Below are positions 17,230 to 26,583 of a stretch of DNA of 37,017 nt, piece after piece. The stretch is taken from IMG/VR virus record IMGVR_UViG_3300033475_000095, positions 1-37,017 of that record; one strand, written 5' to 3'. Both the position numbers and the translations under genes were made by a program. How positions within the stretch are numbered: the stretch's first letter is position 1; each line of letters starts with the position of its first letter. The notes under the pieces were generated by a model. That model did no database searches, had not been told where the DNA came from, and saw only the letters and a program-made list of their open reading frames with translations. The DNA comes from a virus (taxonomy: Duplodnaviria; Caudoviricetes).

Positions 17230-18306
17230 TTATTTAACAACTGTAACAGTATATTTAACCGGCTTTTTTGGTTTCTTAGATTTCTGATTTTGCTTAATAA
17301 CAAAGCCGACTCTTTTAATATCTAAAGTTGTAGTCCATCCGCCACTCCTATCAATGGAATGTTCAGAACTCATTATATGAAAAATTCCTGAAATTTTACC
17401 AAGTCCTGTTATTTCAAAATTGTTACCTGCGACAAGATAGGCATTCCCTGGAACAACAACCGTTCCTTCTTGTTGTAATGAATTGGCGCGATAAAGTGCC
17501 GCCTTGGCCTTGGCTTCTGCCTGTTGGTTGTTTTCTGCCTTGGTGTATATTTTTAATGTATCACCAGACTTTATATAATTAAAAGGAACATCATCTTTAT
17601 TATTTATTTTTTCAACTTCATATGTTGAAACTGTTTTATTTACTGGATTGTGATACTTGACAGATGCGCTAGAATATGTTTGTAATGTCTTGTCTGTTAT
17701 GTCGTACGACATCATATCTGTTCTATCTATTGAAGCAACCGCGGCGAGTTCTTCAATATCAAAAATGCTTGTCCATATTAATTGCGAACCTCTTATTGAA
17801 AAAATATAACCATATTCATGACCTATCCTGTTTAAAAAAGATAAATCTGTTTCTTCTCGCTGCGTTACTCTCTCAATTACTATTGGAGCAACACCGCCAA
17901 TTATACTAAGATTGTGACGGCTTGCTACGGCTTCTGCAAGCTGCCTTAATGTTTTGTTTTCGTGAGCCGCGCTTATCTTTGTCCTTATGTCTCCTTTTAT
18001 TCCAGCACCAAGGCCCTGCAATGAAACCATGTCTGGCGTTCCTCTTAATTGAATCTGATCTATTTCAAATACACCACAATCAAGAAAAACACCGTTATAT
18101 CCAATTGACACAGTTAATTCATCGCCCTTGTCAGGATACCAGCCGTCACGCCAAAGGCCGTCAATATCCTCAAGATTTAATTCTATAGAATCGCTTGAAC
18201 CCTCTGTATTGTCAGTATATTTTAAACCAACTATATATTTTGATATATCGTTAGTTATATCTTTACTATTATATAATACTTTTATTTGTGGCCTTTGCAA
18301 TTCCAT
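17230..18306 (-). CDS. baseplate hub, P2 gpD family
   Basis: KDITNDI, YTDNTEGSSDSI, CGVFEID, QREETDLSFLNRI and GLGKISG. Confidence 0.9.
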   Translation of the reverse strand: MELQRPQIKVLYNSKDITNDISKYIVGLKYTDNTEGSSDSIELNLEDIDGLWRDGWYPDKGDELTVSIGYNGVFLDCGVFEIDQIQLRGTPDMVSLQGLGAGIKGDIRTKISAAHENKTLRQLAEAVASRHNLSIIGGVAPIVIERVTQREETDLSFLNRIGHEYGYIFSIRGSQLIWTSIFDIEELAAVASIDRTDMMSYDITDKTLQTYSSASVKYHNPVNKTVSTYEVEKINNKDDVPFNYIKSGDTLKIYTKAENNQQAEAKAKAALYRANSLQQEGTVVVPGNAYLVAGNNFEITGLGKISGIFHIMSSEHSIDRSGGWTTTLDIKRVGFVIKQNQKSKKPKKPVKYTVTVVK

Positions 18307-18312
18307 ACTTTT

Positions 18313-18525
18313 TTATTTTTTCCAAGGCGGCAATAATTCCGTCTGCGTATCAATAACCTCTTTAATAGGAATTCTTAAAACAGTCCCAGCCGGTATTGGC
18401 TCGTCAAGCGGAACTTCAGGGTTTGCTGTTTGAATATCTGGCGTGTATTTCACATCACCATAGCAAGCAAAGGCAATATTATCCCATCTTTCGCCTTGTT
18501 GAACAGTATGTGTTGTATATGACAT
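18313..18525 (-). CDS. tail protein X (LysM-like)
   Basis: HTVQQGERWDNIAFACYG..ANP..GTVLRIP..LPPWK. Confidence 0.9.
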   Translation of the reverse strand: MSYTTHTVQQGERWDNIAFACYGDVKYTPDIQTANPEVPLDEPIPAGTVLRIPIKEVIDTQTELLPPWKK

Positions 18526-18527
18526 AT

Positions 18528-19364
18528 TTAAACGGTCCTTCTTAATATATAACTTTTAGTAAATGGTGCGGTAAGTCCGCCAACATTTTGCATGTTACTT
18601 TGAAAGTCATTGTTTGCACTCATTGCACTCTCAACGTCATTTATTTGGCAAAATGATTTAAGCCTTGCCAAGTCTCCCCTTGCTTTAGTTATTCTGCTTT
18701 TTAAACTATTAGCTTCATTCGCAAGACGCAATACATTAGATGTTAATGTATATACATTGACAAGCTTCTTATCAATCTGTTGAATTTTTAAAATAGTCTG
18801 TTTCATTTTTGCGGCCCTTTTTTCTGGCTGTAATTGTGCTGACCTAAGATCATTGCTTACGCCTTTGCTTAGGGTTTGAGAGTCTCTTACGTCTGTTCCT
18901 ATTTGACCAGCTAAGGACATTTTTACAGGAACAGACGCAACACTTACCGGACTATTTTCAGTTAACGCTGTTCCGCTATTGCTAACGATATCATAAGGAT
19001 ATTCTGTCGCCTGTATTTCTATTGTACACTCAAATACAGTTCCATCTGAAAGCGTTTTATCAATTGTCCTTTTAAGATTTGTTAATATGAAATTCCCAAG
19101 CAATACACCAGTTCCTAATGTTATTTCAACCGGTGTTGTATTAACGACTAAAGACTGAAACTTATTAACTTCATCTTCTATATTTACAAATGTCTTATGT
19201 AGTACAATACTAAAATTTAATTTAATTAAATTCGTTCCCGTACGTTGCAAACGTGGCTTATTATCAATAAGCGGCTGTTCTACAATGGCAACACCGTATT
19301 CATCTGAAAAACCAGAAAATCCGTATTGATTTGATAATACTATGTCACCTATTTGTGCATACAT
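18528..19364 (-). CDS. P2 gpU-like tail protein with helical C-terminal extension
   Basis: MYAQIGDI..KPRLQRTG..GTGVLLGNFIL..EY; follows the tape measure gene. Confidence 0.82.
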   Translation of the reverse strand: MYAQIGDIVLSNQYGFSGFSDEYGVAIVEQPLIDNKPRLQRTGTNLIKLNFSIVLHKTFVNIEDEVNKFQSLVVNTTPVEITLGTGVLLGNFILTNLKRTIDKTLSDGTVFECTIEIQATEYPYDIVSNSGTALTENSPVSVASVPVKMSLAGQIGTDVRDSQTLSKGVSNDLRSAQLQPEKRAAKMKQTILKIQQIDKKLVNVYTLTSNVLRLANEANSLKSRITKARGDLARLKSFCQINDVESAMSANNDFQSNMQNVGGLTAPFTKSYILRRTV

Positions 19365-19370
19365 AAGTAA

Positions 19371-21398
19371 TTAAAATTTTGTTCTTGCCTTATTTGCTGC
19401 GGCTGTGTTTAATAATCTTAAAATTTCATCTTTGTGCTCTTGCAGTATAGCCATAAAGTCGGCCTTGTTTGCACCGGCTCCAATATTAACAACCGGAGCA
19501 TAATGCAATGTTATGCCACCGCCAACAGAAGAACCTGAAGATACAGGCGCAGGAACACCAACAGCTTGCGCAACTACTCTTGACATTGCCTGGACCATTG
19601 GTGAAGCTTTTATTGAAGCTGCAATAGTTTCAACTATTTTTATCTTATGAAGATCCTTGAAAGGTCCTGTTTTTGCAGGTGAAAACGGCAATAAGTCCCT
19701 GCACTTTTGAACCATATCTTTAACAGCCTCAACTGGCTTATGTGCCATGGCCTTTATTCCTTGCCAGATTTGAGTTGCAATATTCCTGCCTGCATTAAAA
19801 AATTCTACTCCTATATTTTTAACCCAACCAACAAACCCAGTAAATATTTCTTTAACCTTAGACCATAATTTTAAAAAGTAAGGCTTTAGCTTATCCCAAT
19901 GTTGATAAATCAATAACCATGGAACAAACACGGCCATTAATAAAATTTTTATCCATTGGATAGCCTTAAAGAATCCGGCCTTTATAGCTTCCCAAAGATT
20001 TATAAAAAATATTTTTATTTTGTCCCAATATGTAAATATTAATGCAGCTACAACAACCACCGCCAATGCGATTAATATAAATGGATTCATGGCCATGACT
20101 AAATTTAAAACTTTAAATATAGCAACCACACCTTGTATTATCTTAATAACACCGGCAAGCATTAAAGCAGCTGAAACAAATGTTGCAAGTAAAACAATAA
20201 ACTTTGCAAGTCGCGGGTTATTATCAACAAACTGGCGCGTTGCTGCGGCTGCGGCTCCAAGCATATCAACAACCTCACCAAGTGCGGGAGCTACCTTTTC
20301 CCCAAGAGAAGCTAGAAGGTTTACAAATGTTCCTGTAGCCGCTTCCCATTTATTTTTAAGTCCGCCTAATTGCATCTGAACCTTATCATTAAGCGTTGCT
20401 TGTGTTGACATGGCCTTTGTCATTTGATTGTATCCCTCTACTCCCTTACTGGCTAATATAGTCATGAAATTAGCGTCAGCACCTGGACCAAGAAACGCTT
20501 GAATTATTCCGGCTCGTTGTGATGAATTCAACCCTTTTAATTTATCAAATTGAACCATCATATTTTCAACACCCTTGAATTCTCCGGTTTTTTTGTCAAC
20601 AAAATCCATTGTAATGCCAAACTTGCCAGCCGCTTGGTTTAAGGCGTCCATTTTTTCAGCATTCATAAATGAATTAAGCACCGCAGTCATTCCAGTACCT
20701 ACAGTTTCGCCAGATGCACCTGATTTTATCAACATGGCATATACTGCGGAAATTGATTTTGAGGCTTCAAGACCCTGAATCCTCATATTACGCAAAGCAC
20801 CGGCGGAACGAGAAAAAGCGAATTGCATTTCGCTTGCCTCAACACCTACTTGGTTTGTTCTGGCGATAGTATCCATAAACTGAAGCATTTCGTTGTCTGC
20901 AATTCCTGTCGCCTCTTTTAATTTAGCGGCAAGCTTACCAGCTTCCTCATATGGCAATTTAAGCGCAACAGCAAGATTTGCAGCGGACACACCAACACCA
21001 TCAACAATGTTTTTTGCAGGAATACCGGCACGTATCATTGTTGAAAACATATTATAAAAGTCCATTGTTGTACCCGGCAATTTATCACCAAGACCCTCAG
21101 CAAGCTTTGTTGTCTTTTCGAAAAGTTCAGGATCTATAATTCCACCGTCTTGCATCATGACAGACTTTAAAGATAATGCTGCATCTTCCAGGTCTGCATA
21201 AGCGGCAACGGTTTTTCCTACAGCTGCAAAGCCGGTTGCACCTGCACCCATAAGCCCGAATCCCTGCGCAAATTGTGCGGTGGCATGAGCCTTTAAGTCA
21301 GAAAGTTCTTTCTTGGATTTATTAACAGCGGATCGCACCTCACGGCTCATTTGGTCGTAGGCGGTTAACATAACAGCTATTTTTAACAAACTATTCAT
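19371..21398 (-). CDS. tail tape measure protein
   Basis: Ala/Gly-rich helical protein with LPGTT and ASGETVGT core, TM-like segments, W-periodic repeats and LLPFSPAKTGP; correct position in the tail module. Confidence 0.92.
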   Translation of the reverse strand: MNSLLKIAVMLTAYDQMSREVRSAVNKSKKELSDLKAHATAQFAQGFGLMGAGATGFAAVGKTVAAYADLEDAALSLKSVMMQDGGIIDPELFEKTTKLAEGLGDKLPGTTMDFYNMFSTMIRAGIPAKNIVDGVGVSAANLAVALKLPYEEAGKLAAKLKEATGIADNEMLQFMDTIARTNQVGVEASEMQFAFSRSAGALRNMRIQGLEASKSISAVYAMLIKSGASGETVGTGMTAVLNSFMNAEKMDALNQAAGKFGITMDFVDKKTGEFKGVENMMVQFDKLKGLNSSQRAGIIQAFLGPGADANFMTILASKGVEGYNQMTKAMSTQATLNDKVQMQLGGLKNKWEAATGTFVNLLASLGEKVAPALGEVVDMLGAAAAATRQFVDNNPRLAKFIVLLATFVSAALMLAGVIKIIQGVVAIFKVLNLVMAMNPFILIALAVVVVAALIFTYWDKIKIFFINLWEAIKAGFFKAIQWIKILLMAVFVPWLLIYQHWDKLKPYFLKLWSKVKEIFTGFVGWVKNIGVEFFNAGRNIATQIWQGIKAMAHKPVEAVKDMVQKCRDLLPFSPAKTGPFKDLHKIKIVETIAASIKASPMVQAMSRVVAQAVGVPAPVSSGSSVGGGITLHYAPVVNIGAGANKADFMAILQEHKDEILRLLNTAAANKARTKF

Positions 21399-21547
21399 TA
21401 GCTTTCAGGTTGTTTGTTTAAGCGATTATACTCATTTACCGCCAATGTGTACCAATGCACACAATCGTTTATTGGTTGTTCAAGCCAATAGCTTAAGGGC
21501 GTACTTGTAAAATGCGCCAGAAACGTTAGTTGCTGGTCGCTTACTAA
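21398..21547 (-). CDS. -1 frame extension of the tail assembly chaperone (P2 gpE'-like)
   Basis: 49 open codons LVSDQQLTFLAHFTSTPLSYWLEQPINDCVHWYTLAVNEYNRLNKQPES* with no ATG; its stop overlaps the tape measure ATG (TAATG). Confidence 0.8.
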   Translation of the reverse strand, partial: LVSDQQLTFLAHFTSTPLSYWLEQPINDCVHWYTLAVNEYNRLNKQPES

Positions 21548-21831
21548 AAATTTACAGCAAAAGCAGCCTGTAATTTCATTACATCTGTTCCTGGCATTTC
21601 ATCAAGATCTTCAATAAGAACTTTATTTCCATCAATTGTGGTTGTAATTGATATAAGCGCAAAAATCATTTTATCGCTGTCGCCGTCTGCAATGCGCGTT
21701 GCTTCTCTTATGTGCTTGCCTTTAAATGCGCCTATTATGGCTTTTTTACCTGAAGGTAAAATTATTTCTTGAACTTCGCTGTTCTTACTTTCAGTTGTTG
21801 GTGTAACTGATAAATTATTATTTGTATCCAT
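21544..21831 (-). CDS. tail assembly chaperone (gpE/gp41-like)
   Basis: 95 aa between tube and tape measure; EDLDEMPGTD motif; ends at the slippery A AAT TTT followed by TAG TAA. Confidence 0.85.
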   Translation of the reverse strand: MDTNNNLSVTPTTESKNSEVQEIILPSGKKAIIGAFKGKHIREATRIADGDSDKMIFALISITTTIDGNKVLIEDLDEMPGTDVMKLQAAFAVNF

Positions 21832-21851
21832 ATATTATTTTTAAAATTTAG

Positions 21852-21919
21852 TAGCGGGGCCGGGAGTCGAACCCGATTAGCCATGGTTATGAGCCGCGGC
21901 GGTTACCGAACTCCCCGCA
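21852..21919 (-). tRNA. atypical tRNA with CAT anticodon (initiator-like), D arm truncated
   Basis: Acceptor TGCGGGG/CCCCGCT with discriminator A; anticodon loop CTCATAA; T arm TCGGG-TTCGACT-CCCGG; only 68 nt and no encoded CCA. Confidence 0.75.
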
Positions 21920-21926
21920 TGTATTT

Positions 21927-22451
21927 TTATATTCCAAGATTTGCGCGATACTTAGCAAATAAGTCAACACCATTGACTTTGTATATATTGGCCATTACGT
22001 CGCACTCTGCAATTTCTTCGCCGTTGATTTCCATCTTGTAATAATACACGGTGAAATTTGTTTCACTCTCAACATTGTCATGTTGTTTGAAATTGCCAAG
22101 AGGAAAATCTTTTGCAGTTCCATTGACAAATATTACAACAGGAACTTCGCCAGTTTTTGCATTTGATTCCCACGTTTCCATGCTTGCTCTGATCTGCATT
22201 TCAATCATAGAAAATGGATCTGCAACAGTTTTTAAAACGTCAGCATAAAATGAATTCCACTTAACTTTCATTTCCAGCTTTTCAACACCAGAAGGAAACT
22301 CCATAGCTGCAAAAAGGCCAATGGCTTTATGTTCTGACATTTTAAATTTAACAACCGGAGCGCTAATCTCTTCAGCGCGTCCAAGTTTCGAATTACCATT
22401 TACGTATAAATTGGCATTGGTAATTCTATTAATTTGAATTTTCTGAGCCAT
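21927..22451 (-). CDS. major tail tube protein (P2 FII-like)
   Basis: NANLYVNG..LGRAEEI..GVEKLE..YYKMEING..NIYKVNGVD..YRANLG. Confidence 0.92.
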   Translation of the reverse strand: MAQKIQINRITNANLYVNGNSKLGRAEEISAPVVKFKMSEHKAIGLFAAMEFPSGVEKLEMKVKWNSFYADVLKTVADPFSMIEMQIRASMETWESNAKTGEVPVVIFVNGTAKDFPLGNFKQHDNVESETNFTVYYYKMEINGEEIAECDVMANIYKVNGVDLFAKYRANLGI

Positions 22452-22458
22452 GGCTTAT

Positions 22459-23898
22459 TTAAGAAGCTAAAAGTTTAGATAACAAAGAAACATCAACAAA
22501 TGAATTGAACCTAATTCTCTCCATTGGAGTTGGACCCATAAACGAAAGCGAGAACACAACCTGACCTGCGGCTAATTGGTCTGTAGGGTTTAATGTTGGA
22601 TCAAAGATACATAAACCATCTATTAATGCACCGCGCAAAATCAATGAACGAATAAAGCCGTTTACTGTCGCACGCACACTGTCAATTGTGCCGTTGTTTA
22701 TTGGCTGGTCTATGTATGGGAACATCGCAACCTCAATGCTTTCTTCAAGGATATCTTTTATCCTTTGTATATTTATGAAATTTATTGGCTGCGTATCACT
22801 TGGATACATTGCTGATCTATTTCCCCAAGTCAATAATGATGTTCCGAACGAATTAAAATAACAAACAATTCCGTTAGAATTTAACAATTGATTTTGTGCT
22901 GTAGAATCAGTAAGGCTGCAAGTAATTACTATCTCTGGACCTACTACGCCTTTTATTTCTTTATTAGAGGGAGAAAACCAGAAGCCGTTAGAATAATCAT
23001 TATTTGACATGACGCCAGCAAATAATGACGAATACCATTCGAGTATTGTTGCGTCACTTGCTGCGGAAGGATCTGGATCGCCTTTTTTCCATTTTGGGAA
23101 AACAAGTATTGCGCGAGAATTTCCAGTATTCCAACCAAAAGTTCCTGAAGATCCACGGCCTGTAATTGCCGCAGCAGCAGTTGTTCCTTCGGGCGCATCC
23201 ATTGGAACAACTGCGCGATAAGTATCCGCTTTTGAAAGCATCGCGGCGCTTACCGTTGGAAGTGCTGAATATCCAGGCGATATTATTATTTTTGGTTTAA
23301 ATCCAAATAACGTAGGTATGTTATCAAGAGCCTGCAAGCCAGACCTTGCCTGTGTTGTGCCGTCAACGGTTCCTATTATTTGGTTGGCATTGACAGAAGT
23401 GGTATTTAATTTTTTATAAGTTACCTTGACTGTTGAGGCGGATATTGCTGTTGTATTTATCACAACACCATTTCCAAAATCATCAATTGTATAATCAGTA
23501 CCAGCTACATAAGTTATAAGGCCTGTGGCGGCATCGGTAACAACTGGCACAGTACTACCAACAGGAGCAAAGGCCAATTTAAATTTATTATCAGCAATGG
23601 TTGCTACTTCGTCCGTAATATCACTTGTATTGGTTGTTACGGTTCCATCAAATGTATTTATAACAACAATAATTCCTGCACCTTGCGCAAAAATAGAGTC
23701 AAGCGCTTCCGGAATATTAAAACCAGGAAGACGCGAACCAAATTGCGCAACATCGGCTGACCCAGCAACCAAAGTTGGTATATTAACAGGTCCCTTTGGA
23801 GCAATACCAACAAGGACTATAATCGCAGAAGGAACTGCGGTAATTGTGCGGTTGCCCTTGGTTATGGTTATAGTTTCGACGCCGTGTAAAAAAGCCAT
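22459..23898 (-). CDS. contractile tail sheath protein
   Basis: FLHGVETI, PKIIISPGYS, GFWFSPSNKEIKG, WGNRS and PTPMERI. Confidence 0.95.
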   Translation of the reverse strand: MAFLHGVETITITKGNRTITAVPSAIIVLVGIAPKGPVNIPTLVAGSADVAQFGSRLPGFNIPEALDSIFAQGAGIIVVINTFDGTVTTNTSDITDEVATIADNKFKLAFAPVGSTVPVVTDAATGLITYVAGTDYTIDDFGNGVVINTTAISASTVKVTYKKLNTTSVNANQIIGTVDGTTQARSGLQALDNIPTLFGFKPKIIISPGYSALPTVSAAMLSKADTYRAVVPMDAPEGTTAAAAITGRGSSGTFGWNTGNSRAILVFPKWKKGDPDPSAASDATILEWYSSLFAGVMSNNDYSNGFWFSPSNKEIKGVVGPEIVITCSLTDSTAQNQLLNSNGIVCYFNSFGTSLLTWGNRSAMYPSDTQPINFINIQRIKDILEESIEVAMFPYIDQPINNGTIDSVRATVNGFIRSLILRGALIDGLCIFDPTLNPTDQLAAGQVVFSLSFMGPTPMERIRFNSFVDVSLLSKLLAS

Positions 23899-23970
23899 AA
23901 TATTATGTGTTTAAAACTGGTACAATATAATAAAAATACATATAAAATTATACTAATTGAAAATTTAAAT

Positions 23971-25044
23971 TCAATATAATGTCAATGTATATCCATTTAA
24001 ATTTAGTAGAGAATCTAGGTCTTGAAGACTGTGATATTGTGTATTGTATTTTAAACTTTTACTTCCACTACCTCCAAGAACAATATTATTATACTTAATT
24101 ATATTAATAGCATCTACATTACCATAGTTACTTATGAAGTATTGGTTTTCTAATAGTGTTAGTTTTACTGTACCATTTAATGAATAATTAACAGTAGCAA
24201 TTGTAGGATCAGATACATTAGCAATAAAAGTTGCACCTGAATCTAAAGTAAAAGATGCTAAAGAATTACCGACTGATAGAGGACTATTTTTTCTAAAACG
24301 TGAACCTACAAGAGTTGCTCCTGATTTAACATCACAAGTTCCTCCACTAATTCCATTACCCGGTTGAGCTGTATAATCATCTCCTGCTATTCGTATTTCT
24401 TGACTGCTAGTCAATCCATCTGGAATTCCACTAATATATAAAGTTCCAGAAGTAACAACTAAATAACCACAACGAATAGTTGTGTTTACATAAGCTATAG
24501 CAGTTGAGTTGATACTACAATTAAGTGTCCAACCAGCACTATGAGAATTTGCTGAAAATTCACCACTATTAAATACTGTTCTAGTACTACCTTTTAATGT
24601 TATCTTTCCAGAAATCCAACCTGCAATTCCTGAAGCTGTTGAAGATGTTCCAGGAGCTGTTCCAGTATAACCTCTCATTTTTCCATATACTGAAATATCA
24701 TTGCCACCAGTTGAAATCCTTATAGTGTCGGCCGTAGAATTAAGATTAATATCTTTACAAGAAAATATTGAATCAATAATCAGTGTGTTTCCTGCTTCAA
24801 TGAATATACTATTTGTTGTATCTGGTATGTCATGTGCATCTATCCAGCTTGTGCCGTCGTATTTCATCCAAACAGATGTATCTGAAAAATTGCCTGTTTT
24901 TTTTGTCTTAAAGTCAACATTAGGGGAAAGCTTCGCCTGACCATAGGAGACATATTTGACATTTTGTTGCGGCTGTAGTTCTATTGCTTTATTACACGAA
25001 ACAATAAAAAAAACTAATGCGATAATTAATAAAAATTTTTTCAT
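23971..25044 (-). CDS. beta-rich lipoprotein, paralog of the upstream gene
   Basis: MKKFLLIIALVFFIVS-C lipoprotein signal; aligns by eye with 25060-26262 over most of its length. Confidence 0.8.
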   Translation of the reverse strand: MKKFLLIIALVFFIVSCNKAIELQPQQNVKYVSYGQAKLSPNVDFKTKKTGNFSDTSVWMKYDGTSWIDAHDIPDTTNSIFIEAGNTLIIDSIFSCKDINLNSTADTIRISTGGNDISVYGKMRGYTGTAPGTSSTASGIAGWISGKITLKGSTRTVFNSGEFSANSHSAGWTLNCSINSTAIAYVNTTIRCGYLVVTSGTLYISGIPDGLTSSQEIRIAGDDYTAQPGNGISGGTCDVKSGATLVGSRFRKNSPLSVGNSLASFTLDSGATFIANVSDPTIATVNYSLNGTVKLTLLENQYFISNYGNVDAINIIKYNNIVLGGSGSKSLKYNTQYHSLQDLDSLLNLNGYTLTLY

Positions 25045-25059
25045 GTTATACTTATTTAT

Positions 25060-26262
25060 TTAAGGTTGATTTTGATTAATTGTTCCATTTACTACAGAAG
25101 CCCCAGACCCTAGAGTTAAAGTACCTCTTATATATCTATCTGTACCGCCCAAGTCTAAAGTTACGCCTGCATCTACTGTTACATTTAATGGCCTTTGAAA
25201 TCCTGTATTTGTACTAGGCAATTCAGGCCCTGCAATGGTACTTGCTAAATATTCAACATTTGCACTCGCGCCATATGTTAAAGTAAACGTTGATAAACTT
25301 AATAAAGCAGTACCACCAATTTGTAATAAAGTATTTATAGTTGTATTAGTAAGCAATGTTTTTGCGCCACTACCTGAAAGTATAACAGTGTCATAAGTAT
25401 TTATAATTGAACAGCCAGAAACGCCTGTGCTGTTAATGAAATTTTGAGCACCAGCAAAATTAAAATTAACTGTGCCTGACATGTCATAAGAAAGTGCATC
25501 TATACTTACGTCGGTTTTTTTAGGTATTAATGTTGCGCCAGATTCAAGAGTAAAACTTAAAATTCCATTGCCCGCAGTAGTGGCTGAATTTTTTCTTATC
25601 CTATAGAATTTTAAAGTAGCTCCTGATTTTACTATAACCGTTCCGGTAGTTGTTCCGTCGTTGCTGGTATAGTCATTTCCGGCAATTCTAAATTCTGAAG
25701 ATGCTGCAAGTCCGTCTTCAGTGGTTTGACAATCAAGAATTCCAGAGGTGACAACTAAAAAACCACATCTGAAAGTATTTTTTATATAAGCAGTTGTGCC
25801 CGCATCAAAAGCAACTTCTAAGGTCCAGCCCGCCGCCCTAGCATTTGCAGTAAATTCATTAACATCTATAATGGTCCTGTTTGCGCTCCCCACCGCCTTT
25901 AAAGTTCCCGCAATCCAACCAGCAATTCCCGACCCCGTAGAGCCTGAGTCTGTTGTTCCTGGAGCTGATCCTGAATAAGTTCTTAACTTTCCATAAATAT
26001 TTAATTTATGGCCATTCGTATTTAATCTTACAATGTCTTGGGCGCCATTAAGATTAAGATTATTAATATTTTCATCCTGTTGTAAAGTTACACCTGTAGC
26101 CGCTTCGCAATATAAATCATTTCCCTTTTGCGGCGTAAAAGGTGTGGCATAATAAACCCCATCTGTACCCAACAGCATCAATATTGTTCTATCGTTTAAA
26201 TTGCCTACGCCTATAGTTTTAAACGAACCAATTCCCCGTATATAATTATAGTTTTTAATCAT
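25060..26262 (-). CDS. beta-helix/adhesin-like protein without signal peptide
   Basis: G/T/S/N-rich beta-strand repeats (VKSGATL, LESGATL, LSGSGAKTL, VDAGVTL, LGSGASV). Confidence 0.75.
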   Translation of the reverse strand: MIKNYNYIRGIGSFKTIGVGNLNDRTILMLLGTDGVYYATPFTPQKGNDLYCEAATGVTLQQDENINNLNLNGAQDIVRLNTNGHKLNIYGKLRTYSGSAPGTTDSGSTGSGIAGWIAGTLKAVGSANRTIIDVNEFTANARAAGWTLEVAFDAGTTAYIKNTFRCGFLVVTSGILDCQTTEDGLAASSEFRIAGNDYTSNDGTTTGTVIVKSGATLKFYRIRKNSATTAGNGILSFTLESGATLIPKKTDVSIDALSYDMSGTVNFNFAGAQNFINSTGVSGCSIINTYDTVILSGSGAKTLLTNTTINTLLQIGGTALLSLSTFTLTYGASANVEYLASTIAGPELPSTNTGFQRPLNVTVDAGVTLDLGGTDRYIRGTLTLGSGASVVNGTINQNQP

Positions 26263-26579
26263 AACATTTGAGTTCTAATCCAATTATTATCTGTTTCAGC
26301 TTCATATCTATAATACAGGCCGTTTGTTGCATCTTGACCGCTAAATCTTTCACTTCCATATGTTCCAGTTATTGCGCCGCTTGTGGCGCCAACGTATTTT
26401 CCATTTACCCAATCACCCGCGGCGCCAGCTTGTAATTTAGTTCTATTATCGTAAGTTGTTCCTGATCTTGGTTCTAATGGCTCCCATGACAAAGCGCCGT
26501 CTTTTTCAATCAAAACATTTTCATATCCATTTGAAGAAGGATAGGAAGGTATATTTTTATTTTCTATTATTACAGCCAT
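26259..26579 (-). CDS. small putative structural/adapter protein
   Basis: 106 aa with an ATGA overlap with the next gene; C-terminal YRYEAETDNNWIR. Confidence 0.65.
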   Translation of the reverse strand: MAVIIENKNIPSYPSSNGYENVLIEKDGALSWEPLEPRSGTTYDNRTKLQAGAAGDWVNGKYVGATSGAITGTYGSERFSGQDATNGLYYRYEAETDNNWIRTQML

Positions 26580-26583
26580 ATAA

